Assembly: GCA_031413115.1 (NCBI GenBank)
Contig: JANOEH010000024.1
Span: 336-64,335 of the forward strand
Direction: 5' to 3'
From: Candidatus Eiseniibacteriota bacterium
Lineage (GTDB): Bacteria; Eisenbacteria; RBG-16-71-46; DASYSL01
DNA length: 64,000 nt
Program-made: the position numbers and the translations under genes
Shown here: positions 31,171-40,781 of the stretch, in pieces
How positions within the stretch are numbered: position 1 is the stretch's first letter
Layout of the letters: each line of letters opens with the position of its first letter
The notes under the pieces: model-generated
What the model saw: the letters and a program-made list of their open reading frames with translations, nothing else
What the model was told of the DNA's origin: nothing
Database searches by the model: none

Positions 31171-31986
31171 TCAACGATAGTTGTTCTTGATGGTGCCCCA
31201 GCTCGACCGCAGCGCGGGCGTCGAGGGCGGGCACTGCCTGCAGCTCGGCACGATCACTCCGCCGATGGCCGCGCACTGCCCGACAGGCAGCGGCGCGCAG
31301 GTGTAGACGCCGGCAGGGTCCACCGTGCAGCAGAGTTCCTGGTTCGGCGCCGAGAGCAGGTCCGGGGCTTCCGGGCCGTCTCCGGTGGGATAGTTGACGA
31401 CGTCAGTCTGACCATCGTTCTGCCAGGTGTGGTACCACCCGGTGCTGATCGTGACGAGGCGCGGCAGGGTCGAGAACGAGTAGACCTCGGTCTGGCCCGG
31501 GAGCGTGCCACCGCCGACCCCCGCTCCGCCCGAATTGGTGAGATCCCACTCGACCGGCAAGCCCGAGCAGCAGCCAATCAGCCACGGGCCGATGCCATCG
31601 GGAGCGGTCACGTTCGCGAGGTCGGGGACGGCACCGGGAAGCGCGAGCTCGAAGCCCGAGAATCCGTTCGACGACCCAGGGTTCGGCTCGAACCCGCCGT
31701 TCGTCACCGTGTACACCCACTGGTACTTGGTGAAGTCGCCGAGGTAGTTGTTGAAGACATCCACCTTGATGACCACGCCAAACGGATAGAAGTGCGTATT
31801 CGAGAAGATCGGCCCGCCGTTCGGCTGGACGACACCGGACCACTTGACGGCGTCCGCATCCGGTGGCGAAATCTGGGGCGGGTAGGATGCGGCAAGGATC
31901 GGCCCGGCGAAGGTGACCAGGAGCAGCGCAGGGAGTGCGAGCGTGCGGACCAATCGACGTGCAAAGAGCTGAAGCATTGGAGGCAT
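31171..31986 (-). CDS. Secreted Cys-rich protein ending in SSWGTIKNNYR tail
   Basis: 271 aa; signal peptide; 8 Cys incl. CC pairs; weak GEVED-like GQTEVYSF; C-terminal dodecapeptide shared with ORF 42188..43120. Confidence 0.65.
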   Translation of the reverse strand: MPPMLQLFARRLVRTLALPALLLVTFAGPILAASYPPQISPPDADAVKWSGVVQPNGGPIFSNTHFYPFGVVIKVDVFNNYLGDFTKYQWVYTVTNGGFEPNPGSSNGFSGFELALPGAVPDLANVTAPDGIGPWLIGCCSGLPVEWDLTNSGGAGVGGGTLPGQTEVYSFSTLPRLVTISTGWYHTWQNDGQTDVVNYPTGDGPEAPDLLSAPNQELCCTVDPAGVYTCAPLPVGQCAAIGGVIVPSCRQCPPSTPALRSSWGTIKNNYR

Positions 31987-32231
31987 CGGAGGTTCTCCAT
32001 AGCAGGGGGAACTGCGTGGGGAGACAGTCAGAGGAATGCCCTCTGGCCTAGGGGGTCACCAGTTTCCCCTTCCGGTCGCCATGAATGCAAGCAAATTGTG
32101 GATTCGGGATCGACCCGCGGCCGTTCCTGGCGGCGGAACGCGTTTATCGACAACCATTTGCATGCGACGGGGGGCGGCGTCCTCGCGGCCACCGCCCCCT
32201 CGCGCTTCGTTCCTCCTGCCCCGCGGCAGGC

Positions 32232-34928
32232 TCAGGCCGCGCGCGTGATCTCCTCGTCCTCCCCATCGTCGGATTCGTCGCGCCCGGCGCCGCCCTCGAT
32301 CAGGGTCAGCGAGTCCTGCACGTCCGAGTTCATCTTCCGCTCGTCGCGCAGGCCCTCGATCATCGCGTCGGCCTGCTTGAGCAGGAAGCGCAGCGAGCTC
32401 ACCTTCTCGACCGCCTGGTCGACGAGGGCACGCTGGACCTGCAGCGTCTCGAGCCCGGCCTGGACGTCCGCGAGGAATCCCTCCGCGCGGCCCAGGCGTT
32501 CCTCGGCCTTCGACATCTGCCGCTCCTTCTCGTCGAGCGAGCCCGCGAGTTCCCGCACTTCCCCGAGCCGTCCCTGGATCGAGGCCAGTAGTTCGCGGCT
32601 GTCGGCCACCTCGCGCTGCGACGACGTGATCGTGCGCACGCCCTCGCACGCGGTCTCGGCCATCGCGACCATGCGGTCGAGGTCGGCCTGCAGCGTCCGC
32701 ACCGTCGCCTGGCGAGCGTTGATCTGCTCCAGCGCGCGCGTCACCTGCTGGTCCACCAACTCCCACTTCGCCAGGCGCTGCTCGAATCCGCTCAGGCGCG
32801 TATCGACACGGTCGAGCGTTCCGGCGCGGGCCTCGAGTTCCGCGGCGACCACGTCGAGTTCTTCCGCCCGCTCGTTCGCCGAGGCCAGTGTCGCGTCGAG
32901 GCGACCGGCCAGTGCGCCGATCTCCTCGGCCGCATCGGCCGCTTCCTGCCGCGTCGTCGTCGCCCGCGCCAGGTCCTTCGCCGCCGCGTCGAGGGCGGCC
33001 TGACGCTGCGTGATCTCCTCGCCCAGGGCACGGGTGCGCTCGGCCAGCGCCTCGACCGACGTGCAGCGCGCCTCGATCGACTTCACCGACTTGCCGACGC
33101 TTTCGCTCTTCTGCACCGAGTCGGTGACGCTGCCGCGGACGTCGGCGATCGTGTGGCTCAGGCGCTCCGCCTCCTCGGCCTGCGCCGACAGGTGGAGGAA
33201 GCGTTCCTCCGCGGCCGCCATGCGCGTCGACAGGTCGCGACCCTGGTGATCGAGGTCGGCCGACAGCGCCGTGACCTCGGTCAGGCGGCGGTGCATGTCC
33301 TCGAGCCCGTCGCGCCGCGTCTCGATCGAGTCGATCGACTCGGTGATGCGCTGTGCCTGCTGCTCGACGACGGCGAGTTTCGGCGTGACCCCCTCGAGGG
33401 ACGTGAAGCGGCCTCGCACCTCGACCAGCGTGTTCTCGACGTTGAGCAGCCAGGTCCGCGTCTCGGACTGGTGGCTCGACATGCGGCCGATCTCGGCGTG
33501 CGCGAGGCGGGACTGCTCGATCGCGTCGTGCACCATGGCATGCGTGCCGCGCAGCTTCTCGACGTCGGCCAGTGTCGCCTCGACCGTCGGACGCATCTCC
33601 TCCACGCGCGCGGCGCTGGTGCCGAGTTCCTCGGCGGTGCGGGCGACCGCGTCGAGGTCGCGGCGCAGCGCATGCACCTTCTTCACGTCGTCGTCGATGC
33701 GCGCCGCGTCGTTGCGCAGCGACTCGAGGCGCGGCCCCCAGCCCTGCGTCTGGGCGACCAGCTCCTTGACGGTCGCGCTCGAGTCGGCGAGGCCCTTGAA
33801 GCGGCCCTCGAACTCGGTCAGCGCGCCGCGCAGGTCGGCCACGCGCTGGCTCACCGACTCCAGGCCCTTGCTCTCGAAATCGAAGCGCTCGACCGCGTTG
33901 CGCACGTCCTCGCTGGCGCCGGACATCTGCTCGCGGACCTGCGCCATCTGGTCGCCGGCGGCCCGCTGCAGGTGGCCGATGTCGGTGCTCTTGTCGAGGA
34001 CCTCCTGGTGGAGCGCTTGCAGGGCGGCGACCTGGTCGGAAAGCGCGACGAGGCTCCGCTCGTTCTCCTGCTGCTGGCGGACGCCGGCGTCGAGCTGGCG
34101 GATCGCATGGTCGAGCTGCTCGGCCTGGGCGAGCGCACGATCGACCGCTTCGCGCTGGGCCTCGAGCGCGGTGGTCTTCTGGCCGATCGAGTCGCTCAGC
34201 GTCTTCACCGAGCCGACCGAGCGCTTCACCTCGGCGACGGTCTGGCGGATGCCGTCCATCTCCTTGACGACGTGCTCGACGTCGACGACGCGGCGCTCCT
34301 TGTCCGTGAGGTCGCGCGACAGCTCGTCGCGACGGCGATCCAGCGCCTCCATCTTCGACATGCCCGTCTTGTGGGCGTCCATCAGGCGCTCGTGCTGCTC
34401 GCGGATGCGGCCCAGCTGATCGCTGGTGGCCTCGATCTGGCTGCGGATCGATGCGGCCTCGCCCTCGAGCAGCTTGAACGGCTTCTCGACCTCGAGGAAC
34501 GCCTCGAGGCGGTCGCGCAGGCCGTCGGCGACGTCCATCTTGGCGCCCAGCTCCTCGAACACCTCGCGCACGCGCGCCGAGTTCGCGTTGACCTCGGCGA
34601 GCTGCAATGCCGCCGCGGCCTGCCCGACGACCACGTCCTGTGCCTTCGTCTCGAGGTCGTCGACCGATGCGGCGATCGACTCGACCGCCTCGAGGCGGCG
34701 CTCGGTCTCGCCCAGGCGGGCGAGCGCGGCCTCGGCGCCGGTGGTGGCCTGCGCGATCGGCTCGGTCAGGGCGCCGACGCGTTCGGCGACACCCTCGCTG
34801 CGGGCGAGCAGCTGCTCGAAGCGCTCGCACTCGGAACGCATTTCGGTGAGGACGGCGCGCACGTCTTCCGACAGCTCGCGTTCGCGGGCGCCGTTGCTGC
34901 CGAGCAGGTTCTTGAGGATCTGGGCCAT
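32232..34928 (-). CDS. Large coiled-coil protein (~898 aa), Ccrp/SMC-rod-like without ATPase head
   Basis: ATG 34928 with GGGAGGGAG RBS; extremely E/R/A/L-rich heptad-like sequence throughout, acidic C-terminal tail DESDDGEDEE; GC3 very high in this frame; alternative overlapping R-rich frame (32056..35025) rejected. Confidence 0.8.
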   Translation of the reverse strand: MAQILKNLLGSNGARERELSEDVRAVLTEMRSECERFEQLLARSEGVAERVGALTEPIAQATTGAEAALARLGETERRLEAVESIAASVDDLETKAQDVVVGQAAAALQLAEVNANSARVREVFEELGAKMDVADGLRDRLEAFLEVEKPFKLLEGEAASIRSQIEATSDQLGRIREQHERLMDAHKTGMSKMEALDRRRDELSRDLTDKERRVVDVEHVVKEMDGIRQTVAEVKRSVGSVKTLSDSIGQKTTALEAQREAVDRALAQAEQLDHAIRQLDAGVRQQQENERSLVALSDQVAALQALHQEVLDKSTDIGHLQRAAGDQMAQVREQMSGASEDVRNAVERFDFESKGLESVSQRVADLRGALTEFEGRFKGLADSSATVKELVAQTQGWGPRLESLRNDAARIDDDVKKVHALRRDLDAVARTAEELGTSAARVEEMRPTVEATLADVEKLRGTHAMVHDAIEQSRLAHAEIGRMSSHQSETRTWLLNVENTLVEVRGRFTSLEGVTPKLAVVEQQAQRITESIDSIETRRDGLEDMHRRLTEVTALSADLDHQGRDLSTRMAAAEERFLHLSAQAEEAERLSHTIADVRGSVTDSVQKSESVGKSVKSIEARCTSVEALAERTRALGEEITQRQAALDAAAKDLARATTTRQEAADAAEEIGALAGRLDATLASANERAEELDVVAAELEARAGTLDRVDTRLSGFEQRLAKWELVDQQVTRALEQINARQATVRTLQADLDRMVAMAETACEGVRTITSSQREVADSRELLASIQGRLGEVRELAGSLDEKERQMSKAEERLGRAEGFLADVQAGLETLQVQRALVDQAVEKVSSLRFLLKQADAMIEGLRDERKMNSDVQDSLTLIEGGAGRDESDDGEDEEITRAA

Positions 34929-35011
34929 GGTTCGCTCCCTCCCTGGAGGTGGGGTGTCGTGGCGGACCGGCGCGGCCCCTCGTGGGCCGGGTGCGGTCGT
35001 CGGAAGGATGC

Positions 35012-35026
35012 CGTGCAAATTGCACG
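35012..35026. promoter_or_regulatory. 15-bp palindrome CGTGCAA-A-TTGCACG in 455-bp divergent intergenic region (candidate operator)
   Basis: Perfect 7-bp inverted arms with 1-nt spacer, AT-rich core in a GC-rich spacer between the coiled-coil gene (minus) and the acrAB-like operon (plus). Confidence 0.35.
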
Positions 35027-35383
35027 CCATGTACCGCGAAGCGGGGTTTGGTTTCCTAACCGATTCAATGGCAGTGAGTTGACCAGGATGGTCGGGACCC
35101 AAAAGGGGCTTCGCAAGGGGTCCACCGCCCAAGGCGTGGGCGGACCGGCCGGACCTTGTCCACGCCGGGGCCAGACCGCGGAATCGGGCCGGAATGGTCA
35201 AGATTCTGTTCGGCAGGGGTCGGTATCCGGGAAATCGAACGAAAAGGTCCCTCTTTTCATGCATCTTACCCACGTCACGTTGCACCCGCGTTTCGAGGCC
35301 CCCGAGTCCGCAGTGCGTGGACCCCTGCCGCCCGGCAGAGGGTTGCGCGCTCAGCCCGTATCGCGAGGTCAGGAGGCGTCACC

Positions 35384-36517
35384 ATGGCCAAGCGAATGGG
35401 GCTCATGCTCCTCGTCGTCGGGCTCTTCATCGTCGGCATCGGTACCTGGAAATTCCTGCAGATCAAAGCGGCGATCGCCGAGGGTGGCTCCTACGCCCCG
35501 CCCCCGACGACCGTCACGACGCTGGTCGCCGGCGAGCAGGAGTGGGCCTCGACCCTGACCGCAATCGGCAGCGTGGAGGCGGTCAACGGCGTGGTGGTCA
35601 GCGCCGACCTCGCCGGAGTCGTCCGCGAGATCGCGTTCCAGTCGGGAGCGCGCGTAGCGAAGGGCCAGGTCCTGGTCCGCCTCGAGTCCTCGACCGAGCG
35701 CGCGCAGCTCGCCCAGGCGCAGGCCTCGGCTGACCTGGCGAAGCTCAACCTCGATCGCGCCGAGAAGCTGATCGGGCGCGGCGTCATCGCCCAGGCCGAG
35801 CTCGACCGCTTCCGCGCCGAGGCCCGCCAGGCCGACGCCAGCGTCGACGCGGTTCGCGCGGTCCTCGATCGCAAGAACATCACGGCGCCGTTCGCGGGCG
35901 TGCTCGGCATTCGCCAGATCGACCTGGGTCAGCGGTTGAACGAAGGCGACGCGATCGTCCCGCTGCAGTCGCTCGATCCCGTCTACGTGAACTTCTCGCT
36001 CCCGCAGCGCGACGTGAACGCGCTCAAGGTCGGCGCCGCCGTGCACGTCACGTCGGACGAGGCGGTGACGACGCAGACCGGCCGCATCACGTCGATCAAC
36101 TCGGTGATCGACCCCGCGACCCGCAACATCGCCGTGCAGGCCACCTTTGCCAACCGCGGCGAGCTGCTGCGGCCGGGGATGTTCGTCGACGTCACCGTGG
36201 ACCTGGGAGCGGGCAGCCGGGAGATCACGCTGCCGACCACGGCCATCGCCTACGCGCCGTACGGCAACTCGGTGTTCGTCGTCGAGGACCTGCCCAACCC
36301 CAAGGACCCCAAGGGCAAGCCGTACAAGGGCGTGAGCCAGCGCTTCGTCAAGACCGGGCGCGAGCGGGGCGACCAGGTCGCCGTGCTGTCCGGGCTCAAG
36401 CCCGGCGATGAGGTTGTGACCACCGGCGCGTTCAAGCTGCGTCCGGGTGCGAGCGTCGTGGTCGACAACAAGCTCCAGCCGGGCAACGAAGCGACGCCCA
36501 AGCCCGAGGACAACTGA
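35384..36517 (+). CDS. RND efflux periplasmic adaptor (AcrA/MexA family)
   Basis: ATG 35384 with AGGAGG 7 nt upstream; TM anchor, coiled-coil hairpin, lipoyl and beta-barrel segments. Confidence 0.9.
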   Translation: MAKRMGLMLLVVGLFIVGIGTWKFLQIKAAIAEGGSYAPPPTTVTTLVAGEQEWASTLTAIGSVEAVNGVVVSADLAGVVREIAFQSGARVAKGQVLVRLESSTERAQLAQAQASADLAKLNLDRAEKLIGRGVIAQAELDRFRAEARQADASVDAVRAVLDRKNITAPFAGVLGIRQIDLGQRLNEGDAIVPLQSLDPVYVNFSLPQRDVNALKVGAAVHVTSDEAVTTQTGRITSINSVIDPATRNIAVQATFANRGELLRPGMFVDVTVDLGAGSREITLPTTAIAYAPYGNSVFVVEDLPNPKDPKGKPYKGVSQRFVKTGRERGDQVAVLSGLKPGDEVVTTGAFKLRPGASVVVDNKLQPGNEATPKPEDN

Positions 36518-39500
36518 TGCGCTGGACCGACCTCTTCATCAAGCGGCCCGTCCTCGCGATCGTCATCAACCTGCTCATCCTGATCGCCGGCATCCAGTCG
36601 GTCCGCTCGCTCTCGGTGCGCCAGTACCCCCGCACGGACATCGCGCTGGTCACCGTGACGACCGCGTACGTCGGCGCCAACGCCGACCTCGTCCGCGGGT
36701 TCATCACCACGCCGCTCGAGCGCGTGATCGCCAGCGCCGATGGCATCGACTACATCGAGTCGAGCAGCGGCCAGGGTGTGAGCACGATCACCGTGCACCT
36801 GAAGATCAACTACGACACCAACGCCGCGCTCACCCAGATCCAGGCGAAGGTGGCGCAGGTGCGAAACGATCTGCCGCCCGAGGCGCAGGCGCCGATCATC
36901 GAGCTGACCAGCGCCGACGTGGATTTCGCGTCGATGTACATCGGCTTCTCCTCCGCCACGCTCGAGCAGAGCCAGATCAGCGACTACCTGGTGCGCGTCG
37001 TCCAGCCCAAGCTGACGGCGGTCCAGGGCGTGCAGCGCGCCGACATCCTCGGCGGCCGCACGTTCGCCATGCGGGTCTGGCTCAAGCCCGACCAGATGGC
37101 GGCGCGCGGGATCTCGGCCTCGCAGGTGCGCGACGCGCTGGCGGCGAACAACTACCTGTCGGCGCTGGGCCAGACCAAGGGGTCCATGGTCTCGGTCAAC
37201 CTGGTGGCCAACACCGCCCTCAAGTCGCCCGAGGAATTCCGGGCCCTGGTGATCAAGTCCGAGGGCAACGATGTCGTCCGCCTCGGGGACATCGCCGACG
37301 TCGTTCTCGGCTCGGAGAACTACGATCAGGACGTGCGCTTCGACGGCCAGGACGCCATCTTCATGGGCATCTGGGTGCTCCCGGGGTCGAACTCGCTCGA
37401 GGTCATCCGCAAGGTGCGCGAGGCGATGCCCGAGATCGCAGCCGAGCTCCCCACGGGCATGAAGTCGGGCATTCCGTACGATTCGACGCTGTACATCGAG
37501 GAAGCGATCCAGGAAGTGCTCAAGACCCTGGCCGAGACGCTGCTCATCGTCGTCCTCGTCATCTTCCTGTTCCTGGGCTCCGTGCGCGGGCTGATCATCC
37601 CGGTGATCGCGATCCCGATCTCGCTGATCGGCGCGGTTTTCCTGATGGCGACATTCGGCTTCACCATCAACCTGCTGACGCTGCTCGCCATCGTGCTGTC
37701 GGTCGGACTGGTGGTCGACGACGCCATCGTCATGGTCGAGAACGTCGAACGGCACCTGCACGACGGAATGCAGCCGCTGCCGGCCGCGCTGGCGGCCGCA
37801 CGCGAGCTGGTCGGGCCGATCATCGCCATGACCATCACTCTGGCCGCGGTGTACACGCCGATCGCGCTCCAGGGAGGTCTCACCGGCGCCCTGTTCCGGG
37901 AGTTCGCGCTCACGCTTGCCGGCGCGGTCATCATCTCCGGCGTCGTCGCGCTCACGCTGTCGCCGATGATGGGCTCGAAGCTGCTGCGCGCCGGCGACAC
38001 CGAGAAGGGCTTCGCGGGACACATCAACCGCCAGTTCGATCGCCTGCGCATGGCCTACGCCCGGACGCTCGCGGGCAGCCTCGAGTTCCGCCCCGTCATG
38101 CTCGTGCTCTGGGGCCTGGTCATCCTGCTGATCGTGCCGTTCTACATGTTCTCGCAGAAGGAACTGGCGCCGAACGAGGACCAGAGCGTGGTGTTCGGCA
38201 TCATCCAGGCGCCGCCGAACGCGACGATCGACCAGACGAAGATGTTCGCGGCGGAGGTCGAGAAGGTCTACCGCTCGATCCCCGAGTATAAGAACACGTT
38301 CCAGATCCTGTTCCCCGGTGGCGGATTCGGCGGGATGGTCACCAAGCCTTGGAACGAGCGCCAGCGCACCACCGGCGAGATGCAGGTCGAGGCCGCGGAG
38401 AAGCTCTCGAAGATTCCCGGCATCCGCATCATCTCGGTGACGCCACCGGCGCTGCCGGGGGGCGGTTCATTCCCGGTCGACCTCGTGATCTCCTCGACGG
38501 CGCCGCCGGAGCAGGTCGCGGAGTTCGCGGGCCAGCTCGTGGGGAAGGCGTTCGCCAGCGGGCAGTTCATGTTCGCCGACACGGACGTGAAGTTCGACCA
38601 GCCGCAGGCCGAGGTGGTGTTCGACCGCGACATGGTGCGCGCCCAGGGCGTGGACATGGCGCAGGCGGGTCGGGACCTCTCGACGCTTTACGGCGGCAAC
38701 TACGTGAACCGCTTCAGCATCGAGGGCCGCAGCTACAAGGTGATCCCGCAGGTCAAGCGCTCGGAGCGGCTGACGCCCGACCAGCTCGCCGACGTGATGG
38801 TCACCGGTGCGGGCGGCAAGCTGGTTCCGCTCTCCACGTTCGCGACGATCAAGACCACCGTCGAGCCGCGGGAGCTCAAGCGCTTCCAGCAGCTCAACGC
38901 GGTGCGCATCCAGGGGGCGATCCCGCCCGGGGTGCCGCTCGACGGCGCGCTCAAGGTGCTGGAGGACGAGGGCAAGCGGATCCTGCCCCAGGGCTACTCG
39001 CTCGACTACGCCGGCGAGTCGCGACAGCTGCGCACCGAGGGCGGGGGCTTCCTCCTCATCTTCCTGCTGTCGGCGATCCTCATCTACCTCGTGCTTGCCG
39101 CACAGTTCGAGAGCTTCCGCGATCCGTTCGTGGTGCTCGCCGGGTCGGCGCCGCTGGCGGTGGCGGGAGCGCTGTTCTTCTCGTTCATGGGCTTCACCAC
39201 GCTCAACATCTACAGCCAGGTCGGTCTCATCACCCTGGTGGGGCTGGTGGCCAAGAACGGGATCCTCATCGTCGAGTTCGCCAATCACCTGCAGGAGCAG
39301 GGGAGAAGCAAGCTCGAGGCGGTGATCGAGGCGGCGGCGACGCGACTGCGGCCCATTCTGATGACCACGGCGGCGACCGTGTTCGGTCACCTGCCGCTGG
39401 TGTTCGCACACGGTCCGGGCGCCGGCGCGCGCAACTCGATCGGCATCATGCTGGTCTCGGGCATGATCATCGGCACGACGTTCACGCTGTTCGTCGTTCC

Positions 39501-39594
39501 GTCGATCTACATGGCGGTGGCGAAGACGCGCACGCGCACGGTCGAGGACGAGGGCCGGGCGGACCTGCACGGGACGGTGCCGATACCGGTCTGA
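36517..39594 (+). CDS. RND multidrug efflux permease (AcrB/MexB, HAE1 family)
   Basis: 1025 aa; MRWTDLFIKRPVLAIVINLLILIAGIQS... canonical AcrB N-terminus; ATGA overlap with adaptor; no cognate OMF gene follows. Confidence 0.95.
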   Translation: MRWTDLFIKRPVLAIVINLLILIAGIQSVRSLSVRQYPRTDIALVTVTTAYVGANADLVRGFITTPLERVIASADGIDYIESSSGQGVSTITVHLKINYDTNAALTQIQAKVAQVRNDLPPEAQAPIIELTSADVDFASMYIGFSSATLEQSQISDYLVRVVQPKLTAVQGVQRADILGGRTFAMRVWLKPDQMAARGISASQVRDALAANNYLSALGQTKGSMVSVNLVANTALKSPEEFRALVIKSEGNDVVRLGDIADVVLGSENYDQDVRFDGQDAIFMGIWVLPGSNSLEVIRKVREAMPEIAAELPTGMKSGIPYDSTLYIEEAIQEVLKTLAETLLIVVLVIFLFLGSVRGLIIPVIAIPISLIGAVFLMATFGFTINLLTLLAIVLSVGLVVDDAIVMVENVERHLHDGMQPLPAALAAARELVGPIIAMTITLAAVYTPIALQGGLTGALFREFALTLAGAVIISGVVALTLSPMMGSKLLRAGDTEKGFAGHINRQFDRLRMAYARTLAGSLEFRPVMLVLWGLVILLIVPFYMFSQKELAPNEDQSVVFGIIQAPPNATIDQTKMFAAEVEKVYRSIPEYKNTFQILFPGGGFGGMVTKPWNERQRTTGEMQVEAAEKLSKIPGIRIISVTPPALPGGGSFPVDLVISSTAPPEQVAEFAGQLVGKAFASGQFMFADTDVKFDQPQAEVVFDRDMVRAQGVDMAQAGRDLSTLYGGNYVNRFSIEGRSYKVIPQVKRSERLTPDQLADVMVTGAGGKLVPLSTFATIKTTVEPRELKRFQQLNAVRIQGAIPPGVPLDGALKVLEDEGKRILPQGYSLDYAGESRQLRTEGGGFLLIFLLSAILIYLVLAAQFESFRDPFVVLAGSAPLAVAGALFFSFMGFTTLNIYSQVGLITLVGLVAKNGILIVEFANHLQEQGRSKLEAVIEAAATRLRPILMTTAATVFGHLPLVFAHGPGAGARNSIGIMLVSGMIIGTTFTLFVVPSIYMAVAKTRTRTVEDEGRADLHGTVPIPV

Positions 39595-39702
39595 TCGACA
39601 CGAAGACGGACGAAACAGGACCGGCCGGTGGCGCACAGCCCACCGGCCGGTTCGTATTGTTCGTGCGCAGACGACTCCGCTCAGCCCGGACCGGGTGGCA
39701 GT

Positions 39703-40755
39703 CTACTTCGTCGCCGCGGCCTTCGCCGGCGCCTTGGCCGGCGGGTCGGCGGCGTTGTGGTAGTTGTTCGCGATCTCCTTTTCCAGCGCGTCGGCCCGCG
39801 CCGTGCTCATCGAGTGGTCGCCGTAGAAGAAGTTCGTGACCGAATCCTGGTCGCCGTACTTCTCGGCGAACCGCCGCCACAGCAGCGGCGCCTTCTTGTA
39901 GTCGTAGCCAGCCTCGTAGACGTAGCGGAGGCCGACGCGATCCGCCTGGTCCTCGTAGTCGCGGCTGTACGAATTGTTGAATGCCGAGTAGCCGAGTTGC
40001 GTCGCCTGCTGCGCGAGGGTGCGCGCCGTCGAGTTGCCGATCATTCCGGCGTTGGCCGCCGCGAGCTGGCCCGCAAGCCCGCTCATCTGGTTCTTGCTGG
40101 CCTGCCGCCGGCTGTGCTCGTAGGTGGCGTGCGCGATCTCGTGGCCGAGCACGACGGCCAGCTCGTCGTCGTCAAGGTCCGCCATGATCCCCGTGTAGAC
40201 GTAGATCGAGTAGTTGGCCATGGCCATCGCGTTCCACTCCGGATTCTCGACCACGTAGACGCGGACGCCCGCGGGATCGATGTAGTCCGGCAGGACGCGA
40301 TTGACGATGTTGCGTGCGCGATCGACCTGCGGGCCGCCGGTGAGCAGCTTGCCCATGCTCTGCGTCTTCCCATCCGCACCCTGCTCGACGATGGCCTGGG
40401 CGGCGACCCACGTCGACTCGGCCATGTTCGTGCCCACGAGGATCTTCTCCTCGGTGGCGTCGACGTTGTTGGCCTTGGCCTCGAACTCGGAGGCCTTCAC
40501 CGTGCCGTCGGCCTGGCGCACTCCCCTGGCGCGCGCGCCGTAGCCCAGCGGAACGTCGGCGGCCGAGGTGAAGCCGGCCGCCTTGAACTTCATGCCGGGC
40601 AGCGGCTCGACGCGCTGGCCGTCGATGATCAGGTAGGGGCCCTTGTGGAACTCGAGCACGCCCTCGACCTTGATCTTCTTGTCGGCGGCGGCCGCCGGAA
40701 CGGCGAGGGCGGCGAGCAGCCCGAGCGCGATGAGCGACGGATGCAACGAACGCAT
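39703..40755 (-). CDS. M48 family zinc metallopeptidase (BepA/YfgC-like)
   Basis: ~350 aa from ATG 40755; signal peptide; HEIAHATYEH (HExxH) motif and downstream Glu; last gene of a 4-gene operon. Confidence 0.85.
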   Translation of the reverse strand: MRSLHPSLIALGLLAALAVPAAAADKKIKVEGVLEFHKGPYLIIDGQRVEPLPGMKFKAAGFTSAADVPLGYGARARGVRQADGTVKASEFEAKANNVDATEEKILVGTNMAESTWVAAQAIVEQGADGKTQSMGKLLTGGPQVDRARNIVNRVLPDYIDPAGVRVYVVENPEWNAMAMANYSIYVYTGIMADLDDDELAVVLGHEIAHATYEHSRRQASKNQMSGLAGQLAAANAGMIGNSTARTLAQQATQLGYSAFNNSYSRDYEDQADRVGLRYVYEAGYDYKKAPLLWRRFAEKYGDQDSVTNFFYGDHSMSTARADALEKEIANNYHNAADPPAKAPAKAAATK

Positions 40756-40781
40756 GATGTTCGCTCTCCCTGCGAGTGGGG

